The notes beneath the pieces are model-generated. The model saw nothing but the letters and a program-made list of their open reading frames with translations, ran no database searches and was not told where the DNA came from. From Octopus bimaculoides (lineage: Eukaryota): 34,012 nt of DNA. Position numbers and translations under genes: made by a program. The DNA lies in NCBI RefSeq assembly GCF_001194135.2, contig NC_068983.1, forward strand, positions 52,239,501 through 52,273,512, given 5' to 3'. Shown here piece by piece: positions 33,978-34,012 of the stretch. The number at the start of each line of letters is the position of its first letter. Positions within the stretch are counted from its first letter, which is position 1.

Positions 33978-34012
<35 letters not shown>

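Overview
AT-rich eukaryotic scaffold with six N-gaps, dominated by microsatellites and interspersed repeats. The repeat families look like those I remember from Octopus genomes; this is recognition from memory, not a search. I find no supportable host protein-coding exon: ORF-track entries are microsatellite read-throughs, gap-spanning artefacts or retroelement debris. Identifiable content: (i) two tRNA-derived SINE families, here called A and C, in more than 15 copies or fragments; (ii) decayed autonomous retroelements: two Penelope-like element (PLE) fragments with RT and/or GIY-YIG remnants, two R4/Dong-like pieces and one CR1-like 3' end; (iii) a TTAA piggyBac-type MITE; (iv) two short repeat families carrying minimal type-I hammerhead ribozyme motifs. 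The lead candidate for an undescribed system is family H, a ~260-300 nt element combining a tRNA-like Pol III head with a hammerhead motif. One copy sits 23 nt behind a PLE GIY-YIG stop codon. The other is a solo insertion with a 13-bp target duplication and an inverted 3' tail. Together they suggest a Penelope-mobilised, ribozyme-bearing SINE, or a PLE pseudo-LTR that captured a Pol III promoter.
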